From Pseudomonadota bacterium (GTDB lineage: Bacteria; Bdellovibrionota_F; JAHFAK01; JBDREC01): a DNA stretch of 64,000 nt. The stretch covers positions 1 through 64,000 of the forward strand of contig JBDREC010000010.1 of assembly GCA_043820105.1 (NCBI GenBank), read 5' to 3'. The notes below the pieces were generated by a model. The model saw only the letters and a list, made by a program, of their open reading frames with translations. It was not told where the DNA came from and ran no database searches. This document shows positions 29,797-40,740 of the stretch, one piece after another. Each line of letters begins with the position of its first letter. Positions within the stretch are counted from its first letter, which is position 1. Both the position numbers and the translations under genes were made by a program.

Positions 29797-30198
29797 TTAG
29801 AAATTCAACTTTATCAATTTTCCATAAGCATCAACACAGAATCTAGAAGCAACTACATAGCTTGTTAATTCAATTTTTCTAGCGAGCGGTAAAATAAAAT
29901 CACCCTGATCTAGATTTTTTTCCATTTCTGTAACCATAGCTTTTGAAGCAACCATGTTATCAAATGTTCCATATCCTTGCATCCATGCTGACAATGAGCC
30001 TAGTCCAAGAATGTTCCATTCGCATGAATTAACCTTAACATTTTTAGCAACCTTAAAATCTTTTCCAGCTTTTAAAGGTTCAAAGGTAATTGGAGAATAT
30101 CCAACCTGTGGCATTGAAACAAATTTGTGCGTACAAGCTGTGATAGCCAGCATTGCAATTACTATAGCAAAAATCGATAAAATCTTAAAAATTTTCAT
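29797..30198 (-). CDS. Hypothetical lipoprotein
   Basis: GGAG RBS before ATG 30198; lipobox ITAC. Confidence 0.75.
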   Translation of the reverse strand: MKIFKILSIFAIVIAMLAITACTHKFVSMPQVGYSPITFEPLKAGKDFKVAKNVKVNSCEWNILGLGSLSAWMQGYGTFDNMVASKAMVTEMEKNLDQGDFILPLARKIELTSYVVASRFCVDAYGKLIKLNF

Positions 30199-30274
30199 GA
30201 GGACTCCATAATAAGTGTTAAGTGATATGAGGTAAGTGGTAAGTTGAAGATAAAAAAAAATCAAGAAGAAATAT

Positions 30275-30796
30275 TTATGAAAGCCATTTCTTTATTTCTG
30301 GGATAGTTTTTGAAGTCCAATTAGTAGAAGTTCGAAGCTTCAAAAAGTTCTCAAAAAGCTGATTGGTTAAATTCACTATTCTTTCATAAAGATAGATTTT
30401 ATCTAAAGTAGCTGCTTCAAACTCACCTTTTTCATAAACTTGTCCTGTTTTTGGAGCCTTTAAAGATGAAATATTAAGGCTCTCGCCCTTTAAATTAAAT
30501 TGCCATTTCAAATCATCTTCCTTATAAATAAGGTTTAGTTCTGTAACATATGAACCTTTTTGAAGTGAAAAAAGCCCCTCTTCAAGATTTGGATCATCAC
30601 CTTTTATGCTTATAACCTCATTTTTATTTTCTGAAATTTTCTTTAATGTAGCCTTATCACCAATTTCTAGAATAAAGGGTTTATCAAGCAGGCTATCCAT
30701 AGAAATCTGATTATTATCAACAGCATACCAAAGCCATGTTAAAAACTCATATCCTACAAATTTATAATTTTCATATGCAATAGCTATATCAAGCAT
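30275..30796 (-). CDS. RdgC-associated protein (downstream partner)
   Basis: FVGYEFLTWLW motif; 3 nt from the upstream RdgC-like gene. Confidence 0.6.
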   Translation of the reverse strand: MLDIAIAYENYKFVGYEFLTWLWYAVDNNQISMDSLLDKPFILEIGDKATLKKISENKNEVISIKGDDPNLEEGLFSLQKGSYVTELNLIYKEDDLKWQFNLKGESLNISSLKAPKTGQVYEKGEFEAATLDKIYLYERIVNLTNQLFENFLKLRTSTNWTSKTIPEIKKWLS

Positions 30797-30799
30797 CTT

Positions 30800-31411
30800 T
30801 TACTCCATAAAATTTGTTATTGTTAGTTTGCTGAATTTATCTTTTTGAGCAGCAGTTAATTTCGAATTTTCCAAGGCTACATTATAAGGAATCATGCGTG
30901 TTAATTTTATTCCAAATGATCTATAAAATAGTTTCACAAACTCATCATTTGCTTCTTTTAAATTAGAAAGAAACCAAAGTTTTTCATTCTCCATATCCCA
31001 AACAGCATCAAAAACACTTGGAATTGAAGGAACTCTCAAAATCATAGTATCTTTAACATGAGTTTGAATTTCTTTTCTTTCTTTTCTTGATACAAACTGC
31101 TGGCCTGATTCTTTTAAACGTTTTGATTCCTCAATGGCTGAATATTTTTTAATAACCTTTGAAGAAACTACTTTTTTATCAATTCGTAGTGAGAAAACGT
31201 AATAAGGACCAACTTGAAAACTTGCTTCATCAAATTTTGGCAAATAAGGGCTGGTAAAAGAAGTCCATCCAAGATTTATCTCAAGATTTTCACCTTCTTC
31301 TTTTATAGAATGCTTGTTCAGAGCATTGTATATGGCATCAGTTGGATTATTTGTAAGCTGACCATCAACCTTATATTGGGTTATGGATACACTTGAAGAT
31401 AAAATGTTCAT
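30800..31411 (-). CDS. rdgC: Recombination-associated RdgC-like protein (short form)
   Basis: LGWTS, FSLRIDKKVVSSKVIK, SRKERKEI, PSIPSVFDAVWD. Confidence 0.65.
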   Translation of the reverse strand: MNILSSSVSITQYKVDGQLTNNPTDAIYNALNKHSIKEEGENLEINLGWTSFTSPYLPKFDEASFQVGPYYVFSLRIDKKVVSSKVIKKYSAIEESKRLKESGQQFVSRKERKEIQTHVKDTMILRVPSIPSVFDAVWDMENEKLWFLSNLKEANDEFVKLFYRSFGIKLTRMIPYNVALENSKLTAAQKDKFSKLTITNFME

Positions 31412-31425
31412 TCACACTCCTAAAA

Positions 31426-31463
31426 TAAGTCGTAAGTCGTAAGTGGTAAGTGGTAAGTAGTAA
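31426..31463. repeat. Heptamer repeat (TAAGTNG)n
   Basis: TAAGTCGTAAGTCGTAAGTGGTAAGTGGTAAGTAGTAAG. Confidence 0.85.
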
Positions 31464-31548
31464 GATAAAATACAAAAGTAAAATAAAAAGTGCTTTTTAT
31501 TGGATTTTTTCTAAAACTTTATATTTTTATGGAAGGTAAACTTCGATG

Positions 31549-31570
31549 CTAGATACTAGATACTAGATAC
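31549..31570. repeat. Heptamer repeat (CTAGATA)x3
   Basis: Visible directly. Confidence 0.85.
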
Positions 31571-31647
31571 TCTACACTTGATGCACTATGAAGCAAGCAA
31601 ATCCCTTGGATATCCTTGCGCTCTTGTTCCCTTGTTCTCATGTTCCC

Positions 31648-32409
31648 TTATTCAATTTCAAGCATAATGGGGCAATGATCGGAACCCATATATTTGTTAA
31701 GGCAATCAGCATCTTTTAATTTTGATTTTAGAGTTGAACTTGCCAGAAAATAGTCAATCCTCCAGCCAACATTATTGGCACGAGCTCCAGCCCTGTAGCT
31801 CCACCAACTATATTTAACTTTGTCAGGATGAATATGCCTGAAAGTATCTATAAACCCAGAATTCACATAATTATCCATTCCATCAATTTCTGTTTGAGTA
31901 TAGCCTGCATTTTTATTATAATTTGCTTTTGAATGTGTTAAATCAATGTCCTGATGAGCTACATTAAAATCACCGCCAACAATCACTGGCTTTTTCGTTT
32001 CTAGTTTTTTTAAATATTTTAAAAAAGCCTTATCCCATGTTTTTCTGTAATCAAGACGTAAAAGTTCATTTCCTGAATTCGGAACATATACGTTCACTAA
32101 AAAAAAGTTCTTATATTCAGCCAATAACACACGACCCTCTTGATCGTGTTTAGAAATTCCAATATCAGAACTAACATTAATGGGCTTTTCCTTGCTTAAA
32201 ATAGCAGTTCCAGAATAACCTTTTCTTTGGGCTGAATTACTATAGATATGATAACTATCAATATTCGCGAGAGCTGCTAAAACTTGATCATCTTGAGCTT
32301 TAGTTTCTTGAATAATTATAATGTCAGCTTTAAATTGATTGACTTGATCTTCAAAATCTTTTTTTACTATGGCCCGAACACCATTAACATTCCAGGAAAT
32401 GAGTTTCAT
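31648..32409 (-). CDS. xth: Exodeoxyribonuclease III
   Basis: SWNVNG, QETK, GYSGTA, NVYVPN, GDFNVAH, GWRIDY, GSDHCP. Confidence 0.95.
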   Translation of the reverse strand: MKLISWNVNGVRAIVKKDFEDQVNQFKADIIIIQETKAQDDQVLAALANIDSYHIYSNSAQRKGYSGTAILSKEKPINVSSDIGISKHDQEGRVLLAEYKNFFLVNVYVPNSGNELLRLDYRKTWDKAFLKYLKKLETKKPVIVGGDFNVAHQDIDLTHSKANYNKNAGYTQTEIDGMDNYVNSGFIDTFRHIHPDKVKYSWWSYRAGARANNVGWRIDYFLASSTLKSKLKDADCLNKYMGSDHCPIMLEIE

Positions 32410-32416
32410 ATTATGT

Positions 32417-32626
32417 TTAATCTTTTACGCAACCACTTCCATCCCAATGTCTGCCTTTAGAACATTCTGCGCCCATTTGACGAACTGTTGATGCATCACG
32501 AACACATTGTGTTCCATTCCAATGATATCCATTTTGGCATTTGCCTGCTGGGAATTTCAATAAAGAACATGCCGTAAACAATGTTATTAGAAATGAAAAA
32601 AGTAGTATGCTTGTAATTTTCTTCAT
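32417..32626 (-). CDS. Small Cys-rich lipoprotein with two C-x2-G-x-HW-x-G-x2-CV repeats
   Basis: Lipobox FTAC; CQNGYHWNGTQCV and CSKGRHWDGSGCV. Confidence 0.75.
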   Translation of the reverse strand: MKKITSILLFSFLITLFTACSLLKFPAGKCQNGYHWNGTQCVRDASTVRQMGAECSKGRHWDGSGCVKD

Positions 32627-32830
32627 AATTAAGCCTTTTTTTATAAAATAAGGTAATAAAATCGGAGAATACCTATCCTATTAAAAATGAAAAATCAATT
32701 ATTATTTATTTTCCTTGCTAAGTTCGTTTATTTAACGTATGTGGCGATTTGACTTGCCTTGAATCATACATCATTTTCAGGATCATTATTCGAGCTCAAG
32801 CAAAATTATTATTATTTTAAGGAAAAAATT

Positions 32831-34468
32831 ATGACTTTTGAAGATTTAGGCTTATCAAAAAAGCTATTACAAGGCATAACTGAAATGGGTTTTGAAACCC
32901 CTATGCCAATACAGGAAAAGGTAATCCCTTTTATTTTAAATAATAAGCAAGACCTAGTTGGCCTTGCTCAAACAGGCACAGGAAAGACAGCTGCTTATGG
33001 CCTGCCTTTAATCCAAGAAATAAAAACTAAAAGTGAAACAACACAGGTTTTGATTTTATGCCCAACACGTGAACTATGCATGCAGATAGCAAAAGACCTT
33101 GAAGATTTTTCTCAATACATTGATAATTTAAGAATTCTTCCAATTTTTGGTGGAGCTAGTATTGATAAGCAAATCATGAAACTCAGAAAAGGCGTTCACA
33201 TTATAGTGGCAACCCCAGGTAGATTAATTGATTTGATAAACAGAAAGAAAGTAAATATCTCAAAGATAAAAGCTGTAGTTCTTGATGAAGCTGATGAAAT
33301 GCTTAACATGGGTTTTAGAGAACCTATAAATGAAATTTTAGAAAAAACTCCTGATAAAAAACTAACTTATTTATTTTCAGCAACAATGCCAGCAGATGTT
33401 GCTAAAATTGCCTCCAAATATATGGAAAATCCAGAAGAGATTAAAGTTGGCAAAAAAAATGTCGGCGCCCAAAATGTTCACCATGTATGCTACACAGTCC
33501 AAGCAAAAGACAGATATTTAGCTTTGAAAAGAATCGCTGACTTTAACCCAGATATTTATGGAATCATTTTTTGCAGAACCAGAAGAGAAACTCAGGAAAT
33601 TGCTGATCAACTTATGCAAGATGGATATAATGCAGATTCATTACATGGTGATCTCTCTCAAGGGCAGCGTGATCATGTTATGAATAAATTTAGAACTAAA
33701 ACAATTCAAATGCTTGTAGCTACAGATGTAGCCGCCAGAGGACTAGATGTTGATAATTTAACTCATATAATAAATTATAATCTACCAGAAGATAATGATG
33801 TCTACACACACAGAAGCGGAAGAACAGGCAGAGCCGGAAAAGATGGAATTTCAATTGTAATAGCTCATTTAAAAGAAAAATATAAATTAAACCAAATTGA
33901 AAAAAAGCTCGATAAACAGTTTGAGTTTAAAAGTGTTCCAGGTGGAAAAGAAATATGCTCTAAACAGTTATTTCACTTCATTGATAAAATGCAAAAAGTA
34001 AAAATTGATGATGAGCAAATTGATAAAATATTACCTGAAATATATAAAAAACTAGAATGGCTCAATCGGGAAGATCTAATCAAACGCTTTGTAGCACTGG
34101 AATTCAACAGATTTCTTGATTATTATAAAAATGCACCTGATTTAAATCCTCCAAAGGACAGGGAAAGAGGTGATAGAAATTCAAACCAAAGCCTTTATAC
34201 AAGATTTTTTATTAATGTAGGAAAAAAAGACAGAATCAGCCCAAGAGATATTATTGGACTAATTAATGATGCAACAGGTATTAGAGATATTAGAATTGGA
34301 GATATTAAACTACTTGAAACCTTTTCATTTTTTGAAGCAGATAAAAAATATACTGACATTGTATTAGTAGCTTTTAAAGATATGGTTTTAAATAAACGTA
34401 AAATTTCAGTAGAAATAGCAGACAATAAAAACTCACATCAAAAAAATCCAAAACGAAGACGAAATTAA
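32831..34468 (+). CDS. deaD: DEAD-box RNA helicase with C-terminal DbpA-type RNA-binding domain (DeaD/CsdA-like)
   Basis: AQTGTGKT, PTREL, DEAD, SAT, HRSGRTGRAG, RFFINVGKKD. Confidence 0.85.
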   Translation: MTFEDLGLSKKLLQGITEMGFETPMPIQEKVIPFILNNKQDLVGLAQTGTGKTAAYGLPLIQEIKTKSETTQVLILCPTRELCMQIAKDLEDFSQYIDNLRILPIFGGASIDKQIMKLRKGVHIIVATPGRLIDLINRKKVNISKIKAVVLDEADEMLNMGFREPINEILEKTPDKKLTYLFSATMPADVAKIASKYMENPEEIKVGKKNVGAQNVHHVCYTVQAKDRYLALKRIADFNPDIYGIIFCRTRRETQEIADQLMQDGYNADSLHGDLSQGQRDHVMNKFRTKTIQMLVATDVAARGLDVDNLTHIINYNLPEDNDVYTHRSGRTGRAGKDGISIVIAHLKEKYKLNQIEKKLDKQFEFKSVPGGKEICSKQLFHFIDKMQKVKIDDEQIDKILPEIYKKLEWLNREDLIKRFVALEFNRFLDYYKNAPDLNPPKDRERGDRNSNQSLYTRFFINVGKKDRISPRDIIGLINDATGIRDIRIGDIKLLETFSFFEADKKYTDIVLVAFKDMVLNKRKISVEIADNKNSHQKNPKRRRN

Positions 34469-34544
34469 AATATTTTAAAATTACAAGCTCAAATCAACAC
34501 CAGAAAAAGCAATTGCGTTTATTCCAATGAAATAAAATCAATTT

Positions 34545-35957
34545 TTATCTTGGTTTTGATATAAGTTGATCCATTATCCTTAACTTTTCAATCACTAACT
34601 GCCCTAAAAGCATTTCATGAGAAATTAAATTAAACCTGTTGCTATCAAGCTTATTAACAGCATCAATATAGTCATTTAAGGTTACTTTTCCATAAGTATA
34701 GTTTTCTTTTTCAGCCTTTAAGATTTTTTGGGCCAGTTTGATTTTTTCTTGTGTTAGGGAAATCAAGGCTTTTTGCCTGTTAATGTTAATATATAATTCA
34801 TTTATCTTTTTATTTAATTCATAATAAATATTGTTTGCTGTTAACTTAATTTTTTTAGCTGCAATTTTGGAATTTTCCAGTGTAGCCTTTTTCACTTGAT
34901 TAGGCAGAGGCAGATTTAAGCTAAGACCGAAATAGAGCATTTGATTATTATCATCAAAGGTAAGCTTATCTCCAGAGAGCTCATAGGCAAACAAAAAATC
35001 AAGAGATGGAAGCAATTCATTGGCGTATTTTGAAACTTCCAAAGAGCTCTTATCTTCTAAAAGTTTTAATATTTTAAAGGTTCTGCTTTTTTGCTTAAAA
35101 CCTCTAATATCTTCATTAAAATCAGTGCTTTCGAATTTGTAAATATCTGGTTTTTGAGGTATTAAAATATCCTGATCAGCTGATCTCAGTGCAGTTTTCA
35201 CAATATAAAAGGCATTTTCATATTGTTTTTCATACTTTATCAAGGATTCCTTTTTACTTAAAAGCTGAACCTTTATTTTATTAACATCAATTTCATAGGC
35301 GATTTTGCTTTTTTGCCTGGCTTTAATATTTTCAAGCAGTTTTTCATTTGATGCATAAGATGATTTGGCAATTTCCAAATATTCATAGGCTTCATACCAA
35401 TTATAATAGGCAATGATAGTTGTACACAAATAATCTTCATAAGCCTCTGAAATTTGAAATCTAGCCACATCTGTTTCAAGGCCAATAATTTTATCATACA
35501 AGCGAGTTGCTTTTCCAAAAGCATTTTGTACAATTGGTTGAGCAATGGAAAATTCTACCTTTGAACTATTATCAGTAGATGAAAAGCTTGGAGAATAAGT
35601 ATGGCTAAGTGAAAAAGTGGTTGCTGTATTGGGAAATAATTTACTTAAAGAAACTTCTGTTTCAGGTGTATTTCTGTCCTGACTGAAAATGAAATCATAG
35701 GTCGTTTTTACCTCCAAAACAAGATCTTTCGCTGGAAGCAGTAGATCTTTTTTATATTTAAGGCTTAGTTCATCAATTAATATCTGTTCAAAATATGTAT
35801 CATTTTGGGAAGCCTTTTTAATAAAAGCAGAAATATCCAATAATATTTCATTTTCATTTTTTAAACTGTCATTTGCTTCTTGAGCATTTAAAAAACCAGA
35901 AAAACAAAATAAAAAACCAAAAATAAACAAGCTACTTTTTTTATATTTAATTAACAT
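34545..35957 (-). CDS. TolC-family outer membrane efflux protein
   Basis: Signal peptide; duplicated OEP-like helical repeats; LLPSLDF; downstream of the RND gene. Confidence 0.8.
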   Translation of the reverse strand: MLIKYKKSSLFIFGFLFCFSGFLNAQEANDSLKNENEILLDISAFIKKASQNDTYFEQILIDELSLKYKKDLLLPAKDLVLEVKTTYDFIFSQDRNTPETEVSLSKLFPNTATTFSLSHTYSPSFSSTDNSSKVEFSIAQPIVQNAFGKATRLYDKIIGLETDVARFQISEAYEDYLCTTIIAYYNWYEAYEYLEIAKSSYASNEKLLENIKARQKSKIAYEIDVNKIKVQLLSKKESLIKYEKQYENAFYIVKTALRSADQDILIPQKPDIYKFESTDFNEDIRGFKQKSRTFKILKLLEDKSSLEVSKYANELLPSLDFLFAYELSGDKLTFDDNNQMLYFGLSLNLPLPNQVKKATLENSKIAAKKIKLTANNIYYELNKKINELYININRQKALISLTQEKIKLAQKILKAEKENYTYGKVTLNDYIDAVNKLDSNRFNLISHEMLLGQLVIEKLRIMDQLISKPR

Positions 35958-35989
35958 TTAAACCTTTAACCTTTTGTTATATAAAACAA

Positions 35990-38900
35990 TCAAGTTTTGG
36001 CAAATATCTGTTTTATTTGCATTTCCAAAGTATAAATACATGGAACCAAAACCAAAGTAATTACTGTACCAAAAGCAAGTCCCCAGGCAAGAGCCAGCAT
36101 CATCTCAGAAAGCATAGCATCATATCCAGCTAAACCATAGGCAGTAGGCAAAACACCCACAACAGTTGTTATAGTTGTCAAGACAACAGCCCTTAGCCTT
36201 GTTTTTGAAATATCTGCAATTTGCTTAATCATCTCTATTTTTGACCCAGTTGGAATAAATTCTTTATCGAGCTTTACAAGCATGATGATTGAATCATTTA
36301 TTACAACCCCAGCCAGACCCAAAGCTCCAATGGCTGCAAAAAAACCAAAAAGAAATTTCGCATGCAGGTAAAAAGCAAAAATTATTCCAATTACTCCAAA
36401 TGGAATCGTTAACATTATTATAAGTGGCTTTGTGAAGGATGAAAATAAAATAGCTAAAATCATATAAATTAAAATGCAGCTAAAAATAATCGCGTTAGTT
36501 AGATCAGATCGTGATTCAAGTGTATCCTGGATTTCGCCCGAAAATGAAAAAGTTGTTGTAGGATATTTGCTAAGGATTTTAGGGAAAACTTTTGCTTCCA
36601 GAATTTTAGAAACATCAATTGGAGTTAAGCCTGTTTCTTTGTTAACATCTGCGTAAATTATTGTTGTGCGTTTTAAATCCTGGCGAAAGATAGAATTTGA
36701 TGATTCTACCTTTTTAACCTCCACTAAATCACCAATTGGAACTAAGTAGTTGCTTCTGTTCTCAACAGGAATTTTCAATATTTTATTTAAATTATCTTTT
36801 GCAGCATCCTCAAGAGTAAATCTTACATAAACATCTTCATCATCCCGTGAAAACTCATAAAGAACAGTTCCGTCAAGAGCAGCCCTTAAGGTTGCAGCAA
36901 GATCTTGTGCACTAATTGAAAGCCGCTTAAGTTTTTCCTGTTTTAATAATATTCTATATTCTGGTATTTTAAAGCCTTCATCTATTTCAGCGTTAATAAT
37001 CGCTGGATCATTTTCCAAATATTCAAATACCTGCCTAACAATACTATCTCTTTGGGCGTCATTGTTTTGTTTGACTAATAGCTCAATTTGGCTACCTGAA
37101 GACTGCCCCCATCTGCTTTTATTAAAGCTTATCTTTTCAAAACCTTCTATTTTTTCACTCAGTTTTTTAAATTCTTCCACAAGCTCATCAGATGATTTTT
37201 CACGATCTTCCTTTGGAACAATTTCAACATTCATTCTGAAGCTGTTTTCTTCTACAGCAGCACCTCTTCTGCTTTGAGCAATACTTGTGCGAAAGCCGAT
37301 TACTTCTTTGCCCACATATGGCACAATTAAATTTTCAAGTTGTTTTGACAACTTTGCTGTTTCTAGTCTTTGTGTCCCTTTTGGAGCAAAACCAGTTATG
37401 GAAATTTCCCTTGTTTCCTCATTGGGAAACATAACAAATTTCATTTTCTCTTTAACTAGAAATACTGCAGAAACAAGCAAAACCCCAAATATTATAAAAA
37501 CAATAAATTTGAATGCGATTATTTTTTCTAAAACCTTGCCATATATTTTTTCAAATTTATAAAACCAATGGACCTTGCTCGCCTTAGCTCTTTCTTTATT
37601 TTTAGTTAAAAATGGAATATTAAAAATCATATGCCCGGGTAATATTAAAATTGATTCAAATAAACTGGCCCCTAACATAAGAAAAATTATTGGAGGCAGA
37701 TAATGAACAAAGGCCCCAAATCTTCCAGAAAAAAACAAAAGAGGAATAAAGGCGATGCACGTTGTTACAATACTTGCAATTACTGGCAATAAAATATTGT
37801 TAGTACCTAAAATCGCTGCTTTTTTCTTTTCCATGCCTTGTTGAATATATCTGGAAATGTTTTCTGCCACAACAATGGCATCATCCACAACAATACCCAT
37901 AACAATAATCACTGCAGCCAAAGTAATTCCATTTATTGTATAGCCTAAATAGGAACTAATAATCATAGTGCTTCCCATGGAAAATGGAATCCCCATAGCC
38001 ACCCAAAAACCTGACCGCTTATTTAAAAAGAAAAATAGAAATATCAAAATCAAAATAAAACCAATAGCTCCATTATAGGCTATTATATTCAAACGATTTC
38101 GCAAATCCGTGGATTCATCATCCAGCAAAACCACTTTTATTGAGCTGCCTTCCAGATTATGTTTTTTGAAATTATCAATTACTGCATTAACCGCCTTTAA
38201 AGAGTCGAGAATTCCAAAGGCACTACTTTTTACAACACTAAGCATGACGGCTTCATGTCCATTTACTTTTATAATGCTGTTGGTTTTCTCAAAAGCTTCA
38301 TTAACAGAGGCAATATCTTTTAGTTTTATAACTCCACCCTCAAAGCCTCCTTGAACTATAAGATTTTCAAGTTTTTCTTTAGTGTTTAGTTCTGAAATTA
38401 AGGTTACTTTTGGTTCTTTGTCTGTTTCTATTGATCCCGCTGGTTTTCTGACATGGTTAGTTTTTATTTCCTGCATAACCGTATTAAATGGGATTTCGTA
38501 ATTAATAAGTTTTTTGGGGGATGCTTTTATTTGAATTTCAGGCTGTAGATAGTGGCTACGATTTACCGAATTAACCTCAACCCTGTTAATAAGTTGGTTT
38601 TCAAGGGCAAGGCTATATTTTTGTAAATTTTTTCTGCTCTCATAATCAAGTAGATGTGTCGTGCTATCTATAAGTGCAATATCAAGTATGGCTTTTTTAG
38701 AGGTCTTAAAAACCCGAATCCTTGGATCATCAATAACCTCAGATGGAAGATTAACATTTAAAACTTCATTTCGTATTTCAGTTACAACTTCATCAATATT
38801 CGAAATATCATTTTCAAGCTCAACTGTAATGTTACAATTTCCCGAACTTGAGTTACTGGTGATGCGATATACACCATCAATACCTCTAACAGCCTCTTCT

Positions 38901-39103
38901 ATGGGTTTAGTAATAAAATATTCAACATCTTCAGCTGGAGCTCCTGAATAATTAACAGATATTCCCAGCCTATTAAAGGTTACATCAGGTAGTTCTTCTT
39001 TTTTTGTATATTGCCAGGCAAAGACTCCACCAAGAATAACTGCGATCAAAATAAAGTTTGTTAAAAAATGTCTGCATGCAAAATAATTAATCAGTTTTTC
39101 CAA
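35990..39103 (-). CDS. RND efflux transporter (AcrB/AcrD/AcrF family)
   Basis: 1037 aa; GIVVDDAIVVAENI, GVVINDSII, RLRAVVLTTITT. Confidence 0.93.
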   Translation of the reverse strand: MEKLINYFACRHFLTNFILIAVILGGVFAWQYTKKEELPDVTFNRLGISVNYSGAPAEDVEYFITKPIEEAVRGIDGVYRITSNSSSGNCNITVELENDISNIDEVVTEIRNEVLNVNLPSEVIDDPRIRVFKTSKKAILDIALIDSTTHLLDYESRKNLQKYSLALENQLINRVEVNSVNRSHYLQPEIQIKASPKKLINYEIPFNTVMQEIKTNHVRKPAGSIETDKEPKVTLISELNTKEKLENLIVQGGFEGGVIKLKDIASVNEAFEKTNSIIKVNGHEAVMLSVVKSSAFGILDSLKAVNAVIDNFKKHNLEGSSIKVVLLDDESTDLRNRLNIIAYNGAIGFILILIFLFFFLNKRSGFWVAMGIPFSMGSTMIISSYLGYTINGITLAAVIIVMGIVVDDAIVVAENISRYIQQGMEKKKAAILGTNNILLPVIASIVTTCIAFIPLLFFSGRFGAFVHYLPPIIFLMLGASLFESILILPGHMIFNIPFLTKNKERAKASKVHWFYKFEKIYGKVLEKIIAFKFIVFIIFGVLLVSAVFLVKEKMKFVMFPNEETREISITGFAPKGTQRLETAKLSKQLENLIVPYVGKEVIGFRTSIAQSRRGAAVEENSFRMNVEIVPKEDREKSSDELVEEFKKLSEKIEGFEKISFNKSRWGQSSGSQIELLVKQNNDAQRDSIVRQVFEYLENDPAIINAEIDEGFKIPEYRILLKQEKLKRLSISAQDLAATLRAALDGTVLYEFSRDDEDVYVRFTLEDAAKDNLNKILKIPVENRSNYLVPIGDLVEVKKVESSNSIFRQDLKRTTIIYADVNKETGLTPIDVSKILEAKVFPKILSKYPTTTFSFSGEIQDTLESRSDLTNAIIFSCILIYMILAILFSSFTKPLIIMLTIPFGVIGIIFAFYLHAKFLFGFFAAIGALGLAGVVINDSIIMLVKLDKEFIPTGSKIEMIKQIADISKTRLRAVVLTTITTVVGVLPTAYGLAGYDAMLSEMMLALAWGLAFGTVITLVLVPCIYTLEMQIKQIFAKT

Positions 39104-39501
39104 ATAACACCCAATAACTATTATCTAATAATAGAATATATAATTTATAATTTGCATTACTATCTGCTTTTTCAATCTTTTTGTCTATAATTTATTGACG
39201 ATATTTAAACCAAAACCCTCAAGCATTATATTGAGATATTAACAAAATGTAATAGAATATTTAACCTAAACAAAAAATAAATCGCCTTGTTTAGGTAAAA
39301 ACCAAAAATTGTGAACTTAGTTTCTCTTGAATTGTATTATCAATTCATCCAACCTTACCTGAACCAAATCCCAACCCTGCAGTTACACCCAAAAACGAGG
39401 AATCCTGTTTCCCCGCAAAATGAAATCGATAACCTACACAGGTTTCACCATAGTCTGAATAAAAAAAGCAACAAGACAGTCGTGTCGATTTTTTCTTAAT
39501 T

Positions 39502-40740
39502 TCATAGATTTGCAATTCTCTTTAAATGCCTATCAATGATAGAAATAATATTGCTTACAATTTCACTTTTTGGATTTCCTTTGAAAATTTCCTGTTTCAA
39601 TATTGGAATGGCAATTTGTATTTTTTCAGAAACATTTTTTAATCTTTCTAAAATAAATGTTTTCTTAACTTCTATTTCATCAGCAAATCTTTCCCAATGC
39701 CTTTTTTGAATAAAATCAAAGCGATTTTCTCCTCCTATTTTCATTGCTAGTTTTTTCATTAATTCAGGATAAACCAGAGTTGAATTCAAATCATAAAAAG
39801 GAGCAAGGCATGGTTTATGCAATTCATAAAGAATTGAAATGTTTTTTGCATGAGCATCAGCATTACCTATTATATAATTAAAGATTACCCAATTAATCAG
39901 ATTATTCTTGTCTAAAAGAGGCTGAAAACTATATTTTTTAATAAGATTGAAGCAGTCAATAAGCTTTGGCCCTCCTTCATTTTCATATTTGTAGCTAGAA
40001 AGGTATCCTAGTGCCTGACAAAAATCCTCCTGATGAATCCTATACAATTTATCTAAATCGTTTTGTTTTCTATCATATCTTTTTATTAATAATCCTGCTT
40101 TATCTTCTGTTCTAATAATTTGCACATCTGAGACTGGAAGCTTTAAAAATTTTGCTAAGCTCATACAAAAATATTCATTTATAACAAGGTTTGGGAAATA
40201 TTTATTATCAGGTTTTAAAATATGAGAACTAGGCGAATTGTTTTTTGTTAAATATACACTTTCACCATCAAAGTAAACCGGAATTTTATCCTGGGCACCA
40301 GCCAGAGAAAGCCTAAGATCAGTGTTATGAGCTAAAAGCGGAATTTTTTTATCTGTTTTCAACATTTCTTTTAACCTGGATTCATCTAACTTTTTATATG
40401 AAAACTTACCATTATATTTATAATTTTTATTTACTATAGAAATAGCCCCAGCACATTCACCTCCAATTGCATCTAACAACAGCATATCATTTCTTTCAGA
40501 AATTTGAAGCATTCGTGCAAGATATGTCCTTATATCACCTTCTGGCAAAAGATTTGAAAAAAAGGATCTTGAAAAATCATCCAAATAAACTTCTTCCCTC
40601 AAAGGTAGCTGAATAGAAAGAGGAAAAGCTTTATCTAGTTTAAGATAATCTTTATCATACTTAAAACAAAACCTGCTTTTTTCATCCAGCCAAACTTCAC
40701 CTAGAAGAATATTTTCAAAATAAACATAAAGCTTGTTCAT
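39502..40740 (-). CDS. hipA: HipA-family kinase toxin
   Basis: SLAGAQDK, HILKP, IHQEDFCQALG, GNADAHAKN, LAPFYD. Confidence 0.93.
   Translation of the reverse strand: MNKLYVYFENILLGEVWLDEKSRFCFKYDKDYLKLDKAFPLSIQLPLREEVYLDDFSRSFFSNLLPEGDIRTYLARMLQISERNDMLLLDAIGGECAGAISIVNKNYKYNGKFSYKKLDESRLKEMLKTDKKIPLLAHNTDLRLSLAGAQDKIPVYFDGESVYLTKNNSPSSHILKPDNKYFPNLVINEYFCMSLAKFLKLPVSDVQIIRTEDKAGLLIKRYDRKQNDLDKLYRIHQEDFCQALGYLSSYKYENEGGPKLIDCFNLIKKYSFQPLLDKNNLINWVIFNYIIGNADAHAKNISILYELHKPCLAPFYDLNSTLVYPELMKKLAMKIGGENRFDFIQKRHWERFADEIEVKKTFILERLKNVSEKIQIAIPILKQEIFKGNPKSEIVSNIISIIDRHLKRIANL

Noticed and set aside
39311-39499. 62-aa ORF between the RND gene and hipA
   Set aside because: No RBS or recognisable motif on either strand; probably debris
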